Below are positions 39,752 to 51,843 of a stretch of 64,000 bases of DNA, piece after piece. The notes below the pieces were generated by a model. That model did not search any database and had not been told where the DNA came from. It saw only the letters and a list, made by a program, of their open reading frames with translations. Origin of the DNA: Chara braunii. Taxonomy: Eukaryota; Plantae; Charophyceae. Location of the stretch: positions 4,274,814 through 4,338,813 of the forward strand of contig BFEA01000043.1 of NCBI GenBank assembly GCA_003427395.1. The letters run 5' to 3'. A program made the translations under genes and the position numbers. Each line of letters opens with the position of its first letter. Position 1 is the first letter of the stretch.

Positions 39752-40672
39752 NNNNNNNNNNNNNNNNNNNNNNNNNNNNNNNNNNNNNNNNNNNNNNNNN
39801 NNNNNNNNNNNNNNNNNNNNNNNNNNNNNNNNNNNNNNNNNNNNNNNNNNNNNNNNNNNNNNNNNNNNNNNNNNNNNNNNNNNNNNNNNNNNNNNNNNNN
39901 NNNNNNNNNNNNNNNNNNNNNNNNNNNNNNNNNNNNNNNNNNNNNNNNNNNNNNNNNNNNNNNNNNNNNNNNNNNNNNNNNNNNNNNNNNNNNNNNNNNN
40001 NNNNNNNNNNNNNNNNNNNNNNNNNNNNNNNNNNNNNNNNNNNNNNNNNNNNNNNNNNNNNNNNNNNNNNNNNNNNNNNNNNNNNNNNNNNNNNNNNNNN
40101 NNNNNNNNNNNNNNNNNNNNNNNNNNNNNNNNNNNNNNNNNNNNNNNNNNNNNNNNNNNNNNNNNNNNNNNNNNNNNNNNNNNNNNNNNNNNNNNNNNNN
40201 NNNNNNNNNNNNNNNNNNNNNNNNNNNNNNNNNNNNNNNNNNNNNNNNNNNNNNNNNNNNNNNNNNNNNNNNNNNNNNNNNNNNNNNNNNNNNNNNNNNN
40301 NNNNNNNNNNNNNNNNNNNNNNNNNNNNNNNNNNNNNNNNNNNNNNNNNNNNNNNNNNNNNNNNNNNNNNNNNNNNNNNNNNNNNNNNNNNNNNNNNNNN
40401 NNNNNNNNNNNNNNNNNNNNNNNNNNNNNNNNNNNNNNNNNNNNNNNNNNNNNNNNNNNNNNNNNNNNNNNNNNNNNNNNNNNNNNNNNNNNNNNNNNNN
40501 NNNNNNNNNNNNNNNNNNNNNNNNNNNNNNNNNNNNNNNNNNNNNNNNNNNNNNNNNNNNNNNNNNNNNNNNNNNNNNNNNNNNNNNNNNNNNNNNNNNN
40601 NNNNNNNNNNNNNNNNNNNNNNNNNNNNNNNNNNNNNNNNNNNATATATATATATATATATATATATATTGA

Positions 40673-40710
<38 letters not shown>

Positions 40711-41985
40711 GATGAGTCAGTGAAACTGCGACGAAAGTCTGTCACAGCCCCTTGTTTGTTGTCCTCTTCGCCCTCTCTGTCTTTGGTATTATAGTCTTAT
40801 TATTACAGAGAACTCCGTAGCAGCCACATCCGTGCTCGAGCCTCCAACGAGGGAACATGCGGGAGCTGCATACATATCAGTAGACATAGCTGTGTGACAT
40901 CGTACATGCACGCGTACCAGCAGATGTAGCTCTGCTAGATTACTATTCTTCTCAAGAGTATCTCCAAGTCTGGGTGATGTAGTTAGTCCTGATCCATCAG
41001 TCAAATGCATCCTGGCCAAACTGTCTGTCTAGGTTCAACCTTCTGATGACTCGGTGAAAGCATGGGTAGGTGGCTCTCCTGCAGTCTGTTGTGGTGGGTT
41101 CATTGACATGGTGAGTTAGGGCCTCGCCCCACTACACTCTCCACATGCTCAAAAGATGAAAATAATGGTGGTGCATCTTAACATGTTTTAGCCGAAGATT
41201 CATTTTCATTTTGCACATTTGGGGAGTAGTGGAGCGAGGCCCTTAGTGACGGATTTCTAACGAAAAGTCTGCGTCGCATTGGCCCCCTCTTTTTTGGTTC
41301 TTGTCCTCCCTTTTCTTTTTTTGTTTTGTTTGTGTTCTTTTTTCATTGTCCTCCCCTTTTTGTCAACTCCTTGCTGGTTGTTGTTTTTTTCATTGTCCTC
41401 CCCTTTTTGAGACAATAGCGATCCCTACACTTTCAGGTTCCCGACTGGCTAGCCGCAGTGAGTTTTCTTTCCCTCTTCTTCTTAGTTGAGTTTTGCTTTA
41501 TCTACTTTTCGGCTGAGTTTTACTTTTATCTTTCCCTTTCTGTTTTTTCCCTCTTCTTCTTAGTTGAGTTTTACTTCATCTACTTTTCGGCTGAGTTTTA
41601 CTTTTATCTTTCCCTTTCTGTTCTTGATCTTTGTTCTCAAGACAGACCATTTCTTGTACTGTCGTGTGTTTCCTGTCCCGATACAGAAGTAGATAGTATA
41701 AACATGCGTATTTCACAGAATAGATAGTATAGACATGCGTAATGCGTAAATAGATAGTATAGACATGCGTATTGCATGAATAGATAGTATAGACGTGCGT
41801 ATTGTATATTTATATGTTATATCTGTCTATATTTATGTGTATATACTCACAAATACATATATGTAGTTTCAGCCTCCTAGTGATGGATCCGTCGGCGAAA
41901 TTCTGACGGAACAGCCTGTCACAGCCCCTCGTTTGTTGTCCTCTTTTTCCGCTCTGCCTACGGTTCACCGGGCAGTTCTCCATGA
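40711..41985 (+). mobile_element. Three further decayed hammerhead-element fragments (40711-40780, about 41022-41060, about 41865-41985)
   Basis: GATGAGTCAGTGAAACTGCGACGAAA..GTCACAGCCCC; GGTTCAACCTTCTGATGACTCGGTGAAA; TTCAGCCTCC..GTCGGCGAAATTCTGACGGAACAGCCTGTCACAGCCCCTCG. Confidence 0.7.
41690..41805. repeat. About 30-bp minisatellite AATAGATAGTATAGACATGCGTATTGC, 4 copies
   Basis: Direct reading. Confidence 0.8.
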
Positions 41986-42179
41986 TGATATATAGTCTGC
42001 GACTATTTATATGTAGTTTTATACATTTGTTTTGTGGTCGTCAGTGAGGAGAGTTGGGGAAAGAGGCTCCTGACTGTATACATGTTTCTGTGAGTGTTCG
42101 TGGTCTGGTCTTGGGTGGGATTGGAGTTTTTACTTGGGTGGTTTCGCAGTCTCAAGCTGTTATCACCGAGTCCATTCAT

Positions 42180-42630
42180 AGTTATAGCCGTCTCCTTTAC
42201 GTAACCAAATTCTCGACACAGCCATGGCGACAGCAGCGGGCTGACTATAGCTATCTTCTTTATATAGCCAAGTTCTTTACATAGCCATGGCTGCAGCAGC
42301 GGGCTGACTATAGCCGTCTTCTTTACATATACATGGCTGCAACAGCTGGCTGACGATAGCCGTCTTCTTTACATGTCCATGGCTGCAGCGGCTGGCTGAC
42401 TATAGCGGTCTTCTTTACATAGCCATGGCTCCAGCGGCTGGCTGACTATAGCGGTCTTCTTTACATAGCCATGGCTGCAGCGGCTGGCTGACTATAGCGG
42501 TCTTCTTTACATAGCCATGGGTGCAGCAGCGTGCTGACTATAGCCGTCTTCTTTAAATATGCATGGCTGCAACAGCAGGCTGACTGTGGCCGTTTTCTTT
42601 ACATAGCCATGGGAGCAGCAGCGGGCTGTT
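42180..42630. repeat. 46-bp minisatellite CATGGCTGCAGCGGCTGGCTGACTATAGCGGTCTTCTTTACATAGC, about 9 copies
   Basis: Period 46 (42424, 42470, 42516). Confidence 0.9.
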
Positions 42631-44691
42631 CTATCTTTTTTTTATTTTTATTTTTTATAGCATAAACTGGCCCTGCTAATGGGGGTGGTACGAGCAGCCC
42701 CCACTAACAGCTCGGTGCTAATGGCTCGAGTCTTCTTGGTGGGGGGCTGCACCTGCTGAGAAGCGGGTGCAGCGTCCCTTATGCAAAGATGATGACACGG
42801 ATCGTACAGATGCTAAGCAGTACTGCAGACACGGGTGAGAGGCTGCCTCTTCAGCCTGTGATCAGGCCACCTGATGGTTCGGCTCTCCCTAGCTACCCCC
42901 TCCATTCTATGCTTCTCTAGACTTCTATTCCATACCATTCCAATTCCACGAGGGCCCGCTCTGATGGGAGAAAGGTGTCTGGGAAGAGTTCCGGGGCTCT
43001 TCACGGGATGCTTCAGTCAACCTGTCTCCAATCATGAAAGATCAGCCTAAAGTCCTTCCTAGGGGGGGCATACCCCCTACCCGCCCCACAAGCCATTCCA
43101 CATGCACCATGCAGCCATTCCTGTCGCTCCCCAGCCAGTCAGAGCAGAACATGGTGAGTTCATTTTAATGTCTTGTCTTTGTGTCAGATTGTACGTTTTG
43201 TCCGATGTTTTTTTTTTTTTTGTATGATGTCATCTGCCATTCGGCTCTCAGTTCTGTTTGGATGAATTGAGTAGATGGTCTCTGATACGTCCTTCCCCTG
43301 TACGCTTATCCCTTCCACGGCATAAACGCAGCGGCGTTTCAACCCCAGGCCCCAACATACCCCCTTTCTGCCCAAGGCGAACAGGTTTGCTGAAAAGGTG
43401 GAGATCTCAGGCGGGTGCCATGCGGCCAGGAGGAGGGCTTGCTCGACCCATGGCCAGTCATGTCCTGTACCCAGCTGGTTCCAGATGTGATCCCACCATC
43501 GCCAGGTTAGGACTGAGCCCGGGCTTTGGAGGAAAATGTGTTTTATAGTCTCCCTGATTCTATGGCTGGGAAAGTCTTCCTGGCAGAGTTTGCACCACGG
43601 TATGGCAAGCCCTTTTTGCCCGAGGAGGGAGTGGTCTATAAGCCAGTCGTTGGTAGGGAGACATCTGTGGACTGTTTGCCGTCTGTGCTGATCGAATGAG
43701 ATTTTTTTTTTTTTTTTTTAATTATCTTTCCTTTTTCTCTTTTGCCTCTCGGGCCCGGTTCCTCTCTTGCAGACTTGCACTATCTCGATTAGGCTCTCGG
43801 TCTCTCCCTGTGCCTCTCTCGCTCTTTCGGCATTTACTCGTCTCCTTTCTTCTCATTTTTCTCTCTCTGCATCTTCTGTCTTGACCCCCTTTTTTGACCT
43901 CTCTTTTGACCCGTCTTTTGACCCCTCCTTCCCCCCCCCCCCTCTCTCCTTGCGGGGGCTGGTTTCTCTCTTGCAGACTTTCTCTATCTCAATTAGGCTC
44001 TTCGTCTCTCCCTTTGCCTCTCTCGCTCGCTCGACATTTACTCCTTTCTTCTCATTTTTCTCTCTCCGCACCTTGTGTCTTGACCCCCTCTTTTGACCCC
44101 TCGTATCACTGCTCTTTGGACCCCCTCTTTTGACCTCTTCTTCTGGACCCCTTCTTCTGAGCCCCATTGTGTCTTTTGGCCCTCTTTTGACTTTTGCTCT
44201 TTTGAACATCCGGTTTTGACCATTCTCTTTTACATTTGACCACCTGCTTTTGACCGCTCTCGTTTCACTCCTATTAAGTACTCGCAGCTTTTGATTCCCC
44301 TCTTCCCCTGCTTCCCCTGCCCCCTGCTTTTCTTTTGCTTTGTTTGTTTGGACCATTTCTCCATTTTTTCCCCCTATGCTAATCTTCTCTGTATCATTCC
44401 AATTTTAATCTTGTCCAGAATCACTTCCCCTGTGTTTTTTTTAACATCTGCTTTGGCTTCTCCTTGCTGTTGAAAACTGATCGGCCCTCTTGCCGGGTCT
44501 TCTCTTTCCCTCACTATGAGCAAGAGAGAGAGCATTGAACCGGTCAGCTGTCTCCATGGCTTCATTTTCTGCTGCTTTCTCTCACTCCGTCTCTCTCTGT
44601 CTCTCATCTCTGCTTCGTCTGCTTCCTCTCTCCAGTTAGGCTTTCCCTCCCGAGATCTCTCTTCCCCCTTCTCGTTCGCTCAGTTTCTCCA

Positions 44692-44756
<65 letters not shown>

Positions 44757-44858
44757 NTCCAACAAATGAAGTAACTATCAAGCTAGAGCAGAGCAAAGGA
44801 AAGCGCCAGAGAGGAAGTAAGGAAGTAAGGAAGCGAGAAAGAAGAAAGAAGATAAAGG

Positions 44859-44896
44859 CTGTCTCTTATACACATCTAGATGTGTATAAGAGACAG
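44859..44896. other. Nextera mate-pair junction adaptor, assembly artefact
   Basis: Exact 38-bp mosaic-end palindrome; the preceding sequence from 44758 matches 61754-61823. Confidence 0.98.
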
Positions 44897-46026
44897 CTCT
44901 CTCTCTCTCTCTCTCTCCACCCCACCTTCTATTTTCATTTCCCTCCTCCGATCTCCTCTATCCTCCCTTTTTCTCCCTTCTCTCTCTCTCTCTCTCTCCG
45001 CCCCACCTTCTATTTTCATTTCCCTCCTCCGATCTCCTCTATCCTCCCTTTTTCTCCCTTCTCTCTCCCTCTCTCTGTCGCTACTTTGCCTTTCCCTGTC
45101 CTCTCTGGCTTGTCAGATGTCCGTGGAGTGGGAAGCTGTAGTACAATCCTAGATCTGTCAACTGGTCCTTCGTCCCTTGGCTTCCCGCCGACTTCACTCA
45201 CTTGGAAACGTGTGCGCTTGACACATGTCTTGCCTTGATTTGCTGTTGTTACATGTGGATCTGGTTGCGGGGTTCTCATGGTCTTTCTATCTGCATGAAA
45301 TTCGATCTCACACTTGACACGTGGCTTGATCTGGTGCATCGACTTCCTGCCGTCGCATGGAATATGCTTGTCGAGGTCTCATGGTCTTTGGACTGTACGA
45401 AGTTGGATTTCTTTTGGGCCTGCCATGTTGCCTCTTGCTTGCCTGCTCCAGGCTTAAGCAACTGCATTCGGGCGCGTGACACTTATCATCAGGCCAGTAG
45501 GGCACGTGTTCCTGTAAGATGGCATGGGATGTAACAGTGGAGAGACCCCACAGTGTTCACGATGGGATAATCCGTTCTTTTTGAGATTTTTTTTTATAGA
45601 AACAGAATTGGGCCCTTCCTCGATTTGTGCATGTGATCTTTTGCAAGGTCCATGATAATAATCTTCTCTGCATTGTTCCGATTTTAACAGCTGTGCCAAA
45701 TGATGGTTATCCGTTAGTAGAGCCTACTCCTCTGTTTGTAATCAATCTGCGTACGTAATTTCAGTCAGGATCATGAAAGACTGACCGTAATTGAGGTCAG
45801 ACAGATGGTGGGAAGTTTCAATGTGAGTATGCTTTTCAGATTTAGACACTATGACGAGATGAGATTAGATTTCAGTTTGTTTTGACTTGGTTCTTCTCTA
45901 ACCCCTTCAACCTCCCCCGCCTGCGCTTTTTTGACTGGGATGTTGATTCCCAAACACTTATTTGTGCTGTTCCGTTCGTCCAAAATGTCTGTAGACGTCT
46001 GTCATAGCTTTATTTACTTCTCCTAG

Positions 46027-46125
46027 TTTGGATCGTTTTCTCGATTTATGTGTCATCCTCGCACAGGGGCCATGCTAATTACCCTTCTCTGTACCGTTCC
46101 TATTTTAACAGACGTCCCAAAGGAC
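46027..46125 (-). ncRNA. U6: U6 snRNA-like copy, variant or pseudogene
   Basis: Reverse complement GTCCTTTGGGACGTCTGTTAAAATAGGAACGGTACAGAGAAG[GGTA]ATTAGCATGGCCCCTGTGCGAGGATGACACATAAATCGAGAAAACGATCCAAA; 4-nt insertion before ATTAGC. Confidence 0.85.
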
Positions 46126-46716
46126 ATTAGCTTTGTTTTGAAAAAGTGAAAGGGGACCTTCAGTGATCATGATGGTTTCCATAACGTCTGAAAAAGAAAG
46201 GAAACGCTTGGCCTGTGAATGGCATCTTTCGGTACGTACTACGTTTCCAAAAAAAAAAAAAAAAAAGACAAAAATAAAAATAAAAATTCGGTACGCTGAG
46301 CATTGTAAGGGTCTTTTTAGCAATTGAAAGGTGTTTTTTTTTTAGTCGAGGTTTGAGTTTCAAAGTGCACGTTAGTTAGCGTGTTGCTGGTATTAGTTTG
46401 GAATGGCTCTGCCAATTGTTGTTGGGGTAAAGCCCACATACCATCTGGGTAATGGTCCCAGTCTGTGTTGTGTTCTTTCCGGGTTGTTTGTGAGGAATTC
46501 CCGGCCTCATGGTTTTTATCATGATAATGGACTCCTTCCTTTTTCCCAAAAAAAAAAAAAAAAAAGAAAGTGCACGTCAGGCAAAGAGCCTGACAATGTT
46601 GAATGTGTACAAGCTCGTTTTCGGGTCACGTGGGTGTGTGTTATGTCCGGGGGGACTGCCTGACATGCATTTCCAACCTGTTTTCGTGGCTGTGCCATCG
46701 CTCCCCCTTCCCCCTC

Positions 46717-46759
<43 letters not shown>

Positions 46760-48072
46760 AAGCCTCATCAGGAGGTTGGACCCCGGCCCTCGCAAAGGGT
46801 ATCTAGTACCTATAGGCTTATCGTCGTGAATAAGACGGTAAATATAATGCTAAAAAGGGGGAGGAAAAAATGAAGATGAACGGAAGGCTCTCCTAGAGGT
46901 CTTGTTCTTCTCGAAGGTAGTCACACAGGCTTGTTGCGGAGGAAGTGAAACCAACAAAAAAAAGAGAAAGGAGGTCCTACTCGCGAAGTAGTCGGTGGTA
47001 GTAAAGGCATACACACAGTATCACTGCCCTAAGTGCATCTGACAACAATTTTCGCCGAATGTGGACAGTAGCGGTTAACAGGGCCCCCCACTTTTCACCG
47101 CGGAGTTAACCCTCCCAACCCTGAAAAGTGCATCGGAGATTAGTTTTTTGAACTTTTTTCAGCTCTTTATTTTTATTTTTTATTATTATTATTATTATTA
47201 TTTTTTTGCCCTGTTTTATTTTTGGTCAAGGTTTGTGTGTGCCAAATTGGTGTTTGTTGGGGTCTTGGTTGCATCTGATTGCAATCACGTCCGCTCGAGT
47301 CCAAAAAGTCCGAGTACGAGTATGCCCTGAGAAGAGAGAGGGGAACTTGTTGAGAGGTGAATTTGACAAAGTGCGATGATTTGACAAAATTGGATAGTAT
47401 AAATTTGACAAGGTGTAAGGGCATAACCACACTAGTAGTTTTCAGGATGTACCTGGTGGAGATTGCAGCAGATCCAGTGGGAAAGGTGATAGAGTGAGTA
47501 TTGGACAGAGTGTGAATGTTTAACAAATTTATATAGTTGACAAAGTATAAGGGCATAATCACACAAGGCTTTCTTGAATGCATCTGACAGTGATTGCGAC
47601 CAGATTGAGTCAGTGAAGCGCTAAGGATACCCTGGGACTCAACGCCAGCACTATTGTGCGGAGTTGTGGAAGTAAAGGACCATAAGGATGAGACAGAGAA
47701 GATGAACTGATCACATACAATGTCGTGGCACTTTGTCCTGATGAATATGGCAGCAACTGTGGTTATATACATCCTGAAAGTCCTGTGGGGATGGTCTAGT
47801 GGTACTGTAAGTGGAAGGAGGAGGAGAAGCTGCGTAATGATTTCACTATGGTACTCAAGTTGTTGTTGATGGGGCCTCGACCTTCTTTCCAGTAGGTGAA
47901 TCTGCCCACCAATTGTCATAGAAGGCAAACTGAAGACACACAATGTAGTAGCACTTTTTCTGAATGAATCTGGGAGGCAACTGTGGTTGTATACATCCCG
48001 AAAGTCCTCATGTAGGGATGTTCTAATGGTACTAAGTGGAAAAAGGAGAAGAAAGCTGTTTTTAAACCACCC

Positions 48073-48149
<77 letters not shown>

Positions 48150-49134
48150 CTACAGGAGCAGTCGATCTTCCAAAATAAACAGTGGGAAGGTACAGTGCCT
48201 GGAAATTGTCGATCGCGTAGTGAAAAGAGGCAAGATCTCTGTGACACAGACTGTTGCACCAACCCTAAAGTTGTCGAAAGAAATGTGCTCGTTTTACGGA
48301 ACTTTTACCCCTTTTTTTTGTTTCTAAGGAAACAAAGTCCTTTAGAATCTCAGGCCACATGCACAGTTGGGCTTCAGGTAGGACGGGGTCGGAATTGCAC
48401 TTTGATACAACGTCGAAAGCCCCGGCGTGAGTAGGCACGTGGCAACCAACCCACTCACTTTTGAGAGATGCACAAAAAAACAGCAAGCCTTCTTTGGAGG
48501 TATTCTTTTCTTCCTTCTGACGTTGTACCCCTGCCTCTTTTTTCGATGTTTTTTTTTTTTTTTATAAATACAATGTTGAGACCCAGCGTCCCTCGCGAAC
48601 GTAGCTAATGCCTCTGATGCGATTTTCGATGTGATATAACACATCAACAAAGAATGAAGGTAGGCCGAGAAAGAAAAAAAGAATTAAGGTGGGACACGTA
48701 GATGGAGGAGACCCTTCTCTTTTGACTGAGATGTGAAAAGGGATCTCTATGTGCCACGACAATGCTTTCATTTCCGGTCCTTTCCACTCATTGGAAAACA
48801 TCACCGGCAAAGGTATGCTTGCGCTACAATTTTCCTGAATGTATCTGACCAATGTTCAGGGTAGATCAGTTATGTCGTAAGTATGCCGTCAGCGGCTTGT
48901 CGAAAGGAGCAAAGAAGATAGTGTGTGGTGGTGGATGGTCCACAGCTGTTGTCTTCCCCCTCGACACCTCATGATGAATGTCTACAAAATTACTATTTTT
49001 CTGGCCCGATTCAGGCTGATGAAGGTGTGCTGTGTGGTTGGTGCCTGGAGTGTACATCCAATGTACGGAGTGAAAAATCGGAGCCTATGTCATAGCCAGG
49101 ATGGGCAAGAAAAGATAGGGAGAGAGATGTTTGT

Positions 49135-49261
<127 letters not shown>

Positions 49262-49269
49262 AGCAGAAG

Positions 49270-49800
49270 AAGTTGGGAGGATGAGGTAGGTTAGGAGGGA
49301 GGTGGAGGAGGAGAGTTGGAAGTGTGGGAAACATGTTCATGTGAGATCTGAGGAGGACTAAAATGGAGAAGAAAACTTGCGAGGTTGAGGAGGTAGTAAA
49401 TGAGGAGTAAGCCGATGAAAACAGGTGTAAATTATTGGGAGAAGAGGGTCATGGGTCGTTGGAACAAGTAACAGAAGTTGATTGAATACCTTTTTCCCAC
49501 TCCTCTCTCTCTCTCTCTTTCTTTTTTTTCATTTCTTTCCCCTGCGGGTTCCAATAGGGAGGGTGATGCGAGCATCCCCCCGTACTAGGCCCATTGTAGT
49601 CACTCCATCTATTGGTGGGGAGCTGCACCTGCTGGTAACTGGCTCCAGCGTCCCACTGAAAATAAAATTTGTCCGTGAATAAGTCAAACATGATCGGAGT
49701 AAGTATCACCTCTTCAGTCCTCTTAAGGACAGCCAGATGTAAACCATTCTAAGCTAGGTATCGTAATCCACCAGCGAAATAATGATGAATAAGTAGCTCA
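49270..49800 (-). pseudogene. Possible Penelope-like reverse transcriptase remnant
   Basis: Across frameshifts: LLRSCLTYSRTNFIF / YQQ / IDGVTTMG / GMLAS, resembling the PLE RT pattern LL..CL....F.F....Y.Q..G..MG...P.LA. Catalytic DD not readable. Confidence 0.35.
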
Positions 49801-51016
49801 CCTCCCCTCCCCACCGAACCAGTGGGTTTCAACGGAGGAAAGCTCAGAAGCGGGAAAGGGATGAGAGAAAAATGGAGATCTGAGTGAGGCTCCTCGTTGT
49901 AGTGAGAACCAGTTGCGGAAAGTGATATGATAATTACTCCTGAGAGGCATCTCCATCTCTTCCTTACCTGGCCACTCTACGTTTCCTAGGCCCACCCCTT
50001 CATACCCCCCCAGCTAGTTTATCTCAAATTTTCTCTTTTGAAAACTGACTCTCTGATATGTTATCTGAGAATCGGGATGGGGTGTCTAGAAACTAGCCTC
50101 TGTCAAGCATTCCCTTTGACGCAGCTTTTTTTTTTTTTTTTAATCGCCAAGATTGTCGTGGGGGGGAACTGTAGGGAGTGGGAGAGGTGCAATTGAAATC
50201 TGCCGTCTGCCGAAGCCCTGTGCTGTGTTGGTGGCGCGTGTCCAATTTCTTTTGGGGTTTTGGGGGTTGACAGACCGTGCCTGATTTGTTGGTCTAGATA
50301 CCGACCATGACACAGATAGAGAAGTTCAATGCGTAGGTGTTGCCTTCTTGGTCTGATGTCTCCATTCCCTTAAACCATGACACTGTCTCCCAGCTATTTT
50401 TTTTGGCCGGAGCAGTATACTAGAGCTGCGTCCCAAGGGGTTTGCCCTACCGAAATTGTTTGGCTCGCGTTGCCAGTCATAACAGCAAAACATCGGCTCC
50501 CTTCCCCTCATCTTTTTTTTGGCATGAAGCACAATTCGCTTTGCGAAAAGGCGCTCAGATGTAGTGGTGGTTGAAATGCGTTGCAGAAAAGTGGCTGGCA
50601 GCGAGTTCAGCCGCTGCAGCACAGCGGTCACGGTGGTCATTTAATTCGGTACCGATGGGTAGAAAACGGAATTTCAAATTTGAGTCTTTTGAGAGAGATT
50701 ATAGCAGCAGATTATCCCGGACGGTTCGCGGGTAAATTGGTTGACGAACCCAAAATAGACCTGTCGTAGATTGTACAAATTAAATGTGACAAATAGAGGG
50801 GTTCCTTGTTTTTTGCCTTTCTCCAAAGGTATAGAGGGATAGGAGCGAACATTGTTAAAATGACAAGTGGCCTTGAGAGCTTCTTCAGAATGTTAGGAAA
50901 AGTGCAGTTTCTCTTAGTTTGTGTTTCTTCTTAATCAAACAAGGTTTGCCATTGATGGTATTATGTCGAGCAAGCGTTCCTGCTCTGCTCGACTTGAGAC
51001 CTTGCCAACCGTTTGC

Positions 51017-51843
51017 TAAACCACCACTACCTTTTCCCATGCGGGCCGCCGTCCATCCCCCGAATGTTTAGGAGGACGAAACGAAACAATGGCCGCTGAT
51101 GAGATTTACCAATGGCGGTCGTCATTGGGGCCACCCTTTTAGGAGTCGGATATTTTCCCATTTCCCCAACAGCAGGAAAGGTAGTGGTTCCCCTTAACAC
51201 GCCGCAATTTTAGAAAACGTACGGGCTACTACAGGAGCGCCCAAATTCATCGGACTAGAAACGTTTCTACTCTATTTTTTCCCGCAGCCGATAGCTGGGC
51301 CAAGTACTGGTGGTTTAAGGGGGGGCGGTGACCAGCAGGTGCAGGCGGGTCCGGTCGAAGGATTTTCAAGCACCAACTGTGGAGATTTTTCGCGCTCAGA
51401 AGAATTGACGAAAAAAACTGAAAAGTTGAGATTCTCTAGATTGGGTTGTCATCTTTCCAGGAAAAAATATCAAAAAAATGAAAAAACAAATTTAGACCGT
51501 GAAATAAATGCCGCGCTGTTTCGTAGCATTTTCCAATTTTGCCACTACCACGTATGATCCAACGAAAAAAGTACCCCAACTTCCGCATTTTTTTGCGCTC
51601 AGAGGGATGACTCAACAACTCTGAAAATTTGAGGGTCCGTATATTTTATTGTGATCTTTATAGGAAAAATAGTTTAAAAATATGTAAAAAATCATTCAAA
51701 CCGTGAAATAAATTGCGGGGGCAACTCGACGCATTTTCCAATTTTGCCACCACGCCAGTTCCCCACTGTGCTACCGGTAGCCCTCGTGGACCTGTGCTAC
51801 TGGTCCCCACCTAATTTATGACGGCGGGGGTAGTGGTGGTTTA
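51017..51843. mobile_element. Non-autonomous TIR element with internal duplication of about 200 bp
   Basis: TAAACCACCACTAC..GTAGTGGTGGTTTA; 51385-51550 resembles 51590-51752. Related ends GTACTGGTGGTT at 51304, 57788, 57840 and 59352. Confidence 0.6.

Noticed and set aside
25924-40745. Long ORFs of 290-400 aa in the ORF track
   Set aside because: Made of N-gap translations and microsatellites.
42770-42805. Third U6-like fragment (CCCTTATGCAAAGATGATGACACG)
   Set aside because: Too short, and lacks the ACAGAGA box and flanking U6 sequence.
42830-43650. Possible LINE C-terminal zinc-knuckle remnant on the minus strand
   Set aside because: Needs several frameshifts to assemble; not supportable by eye.
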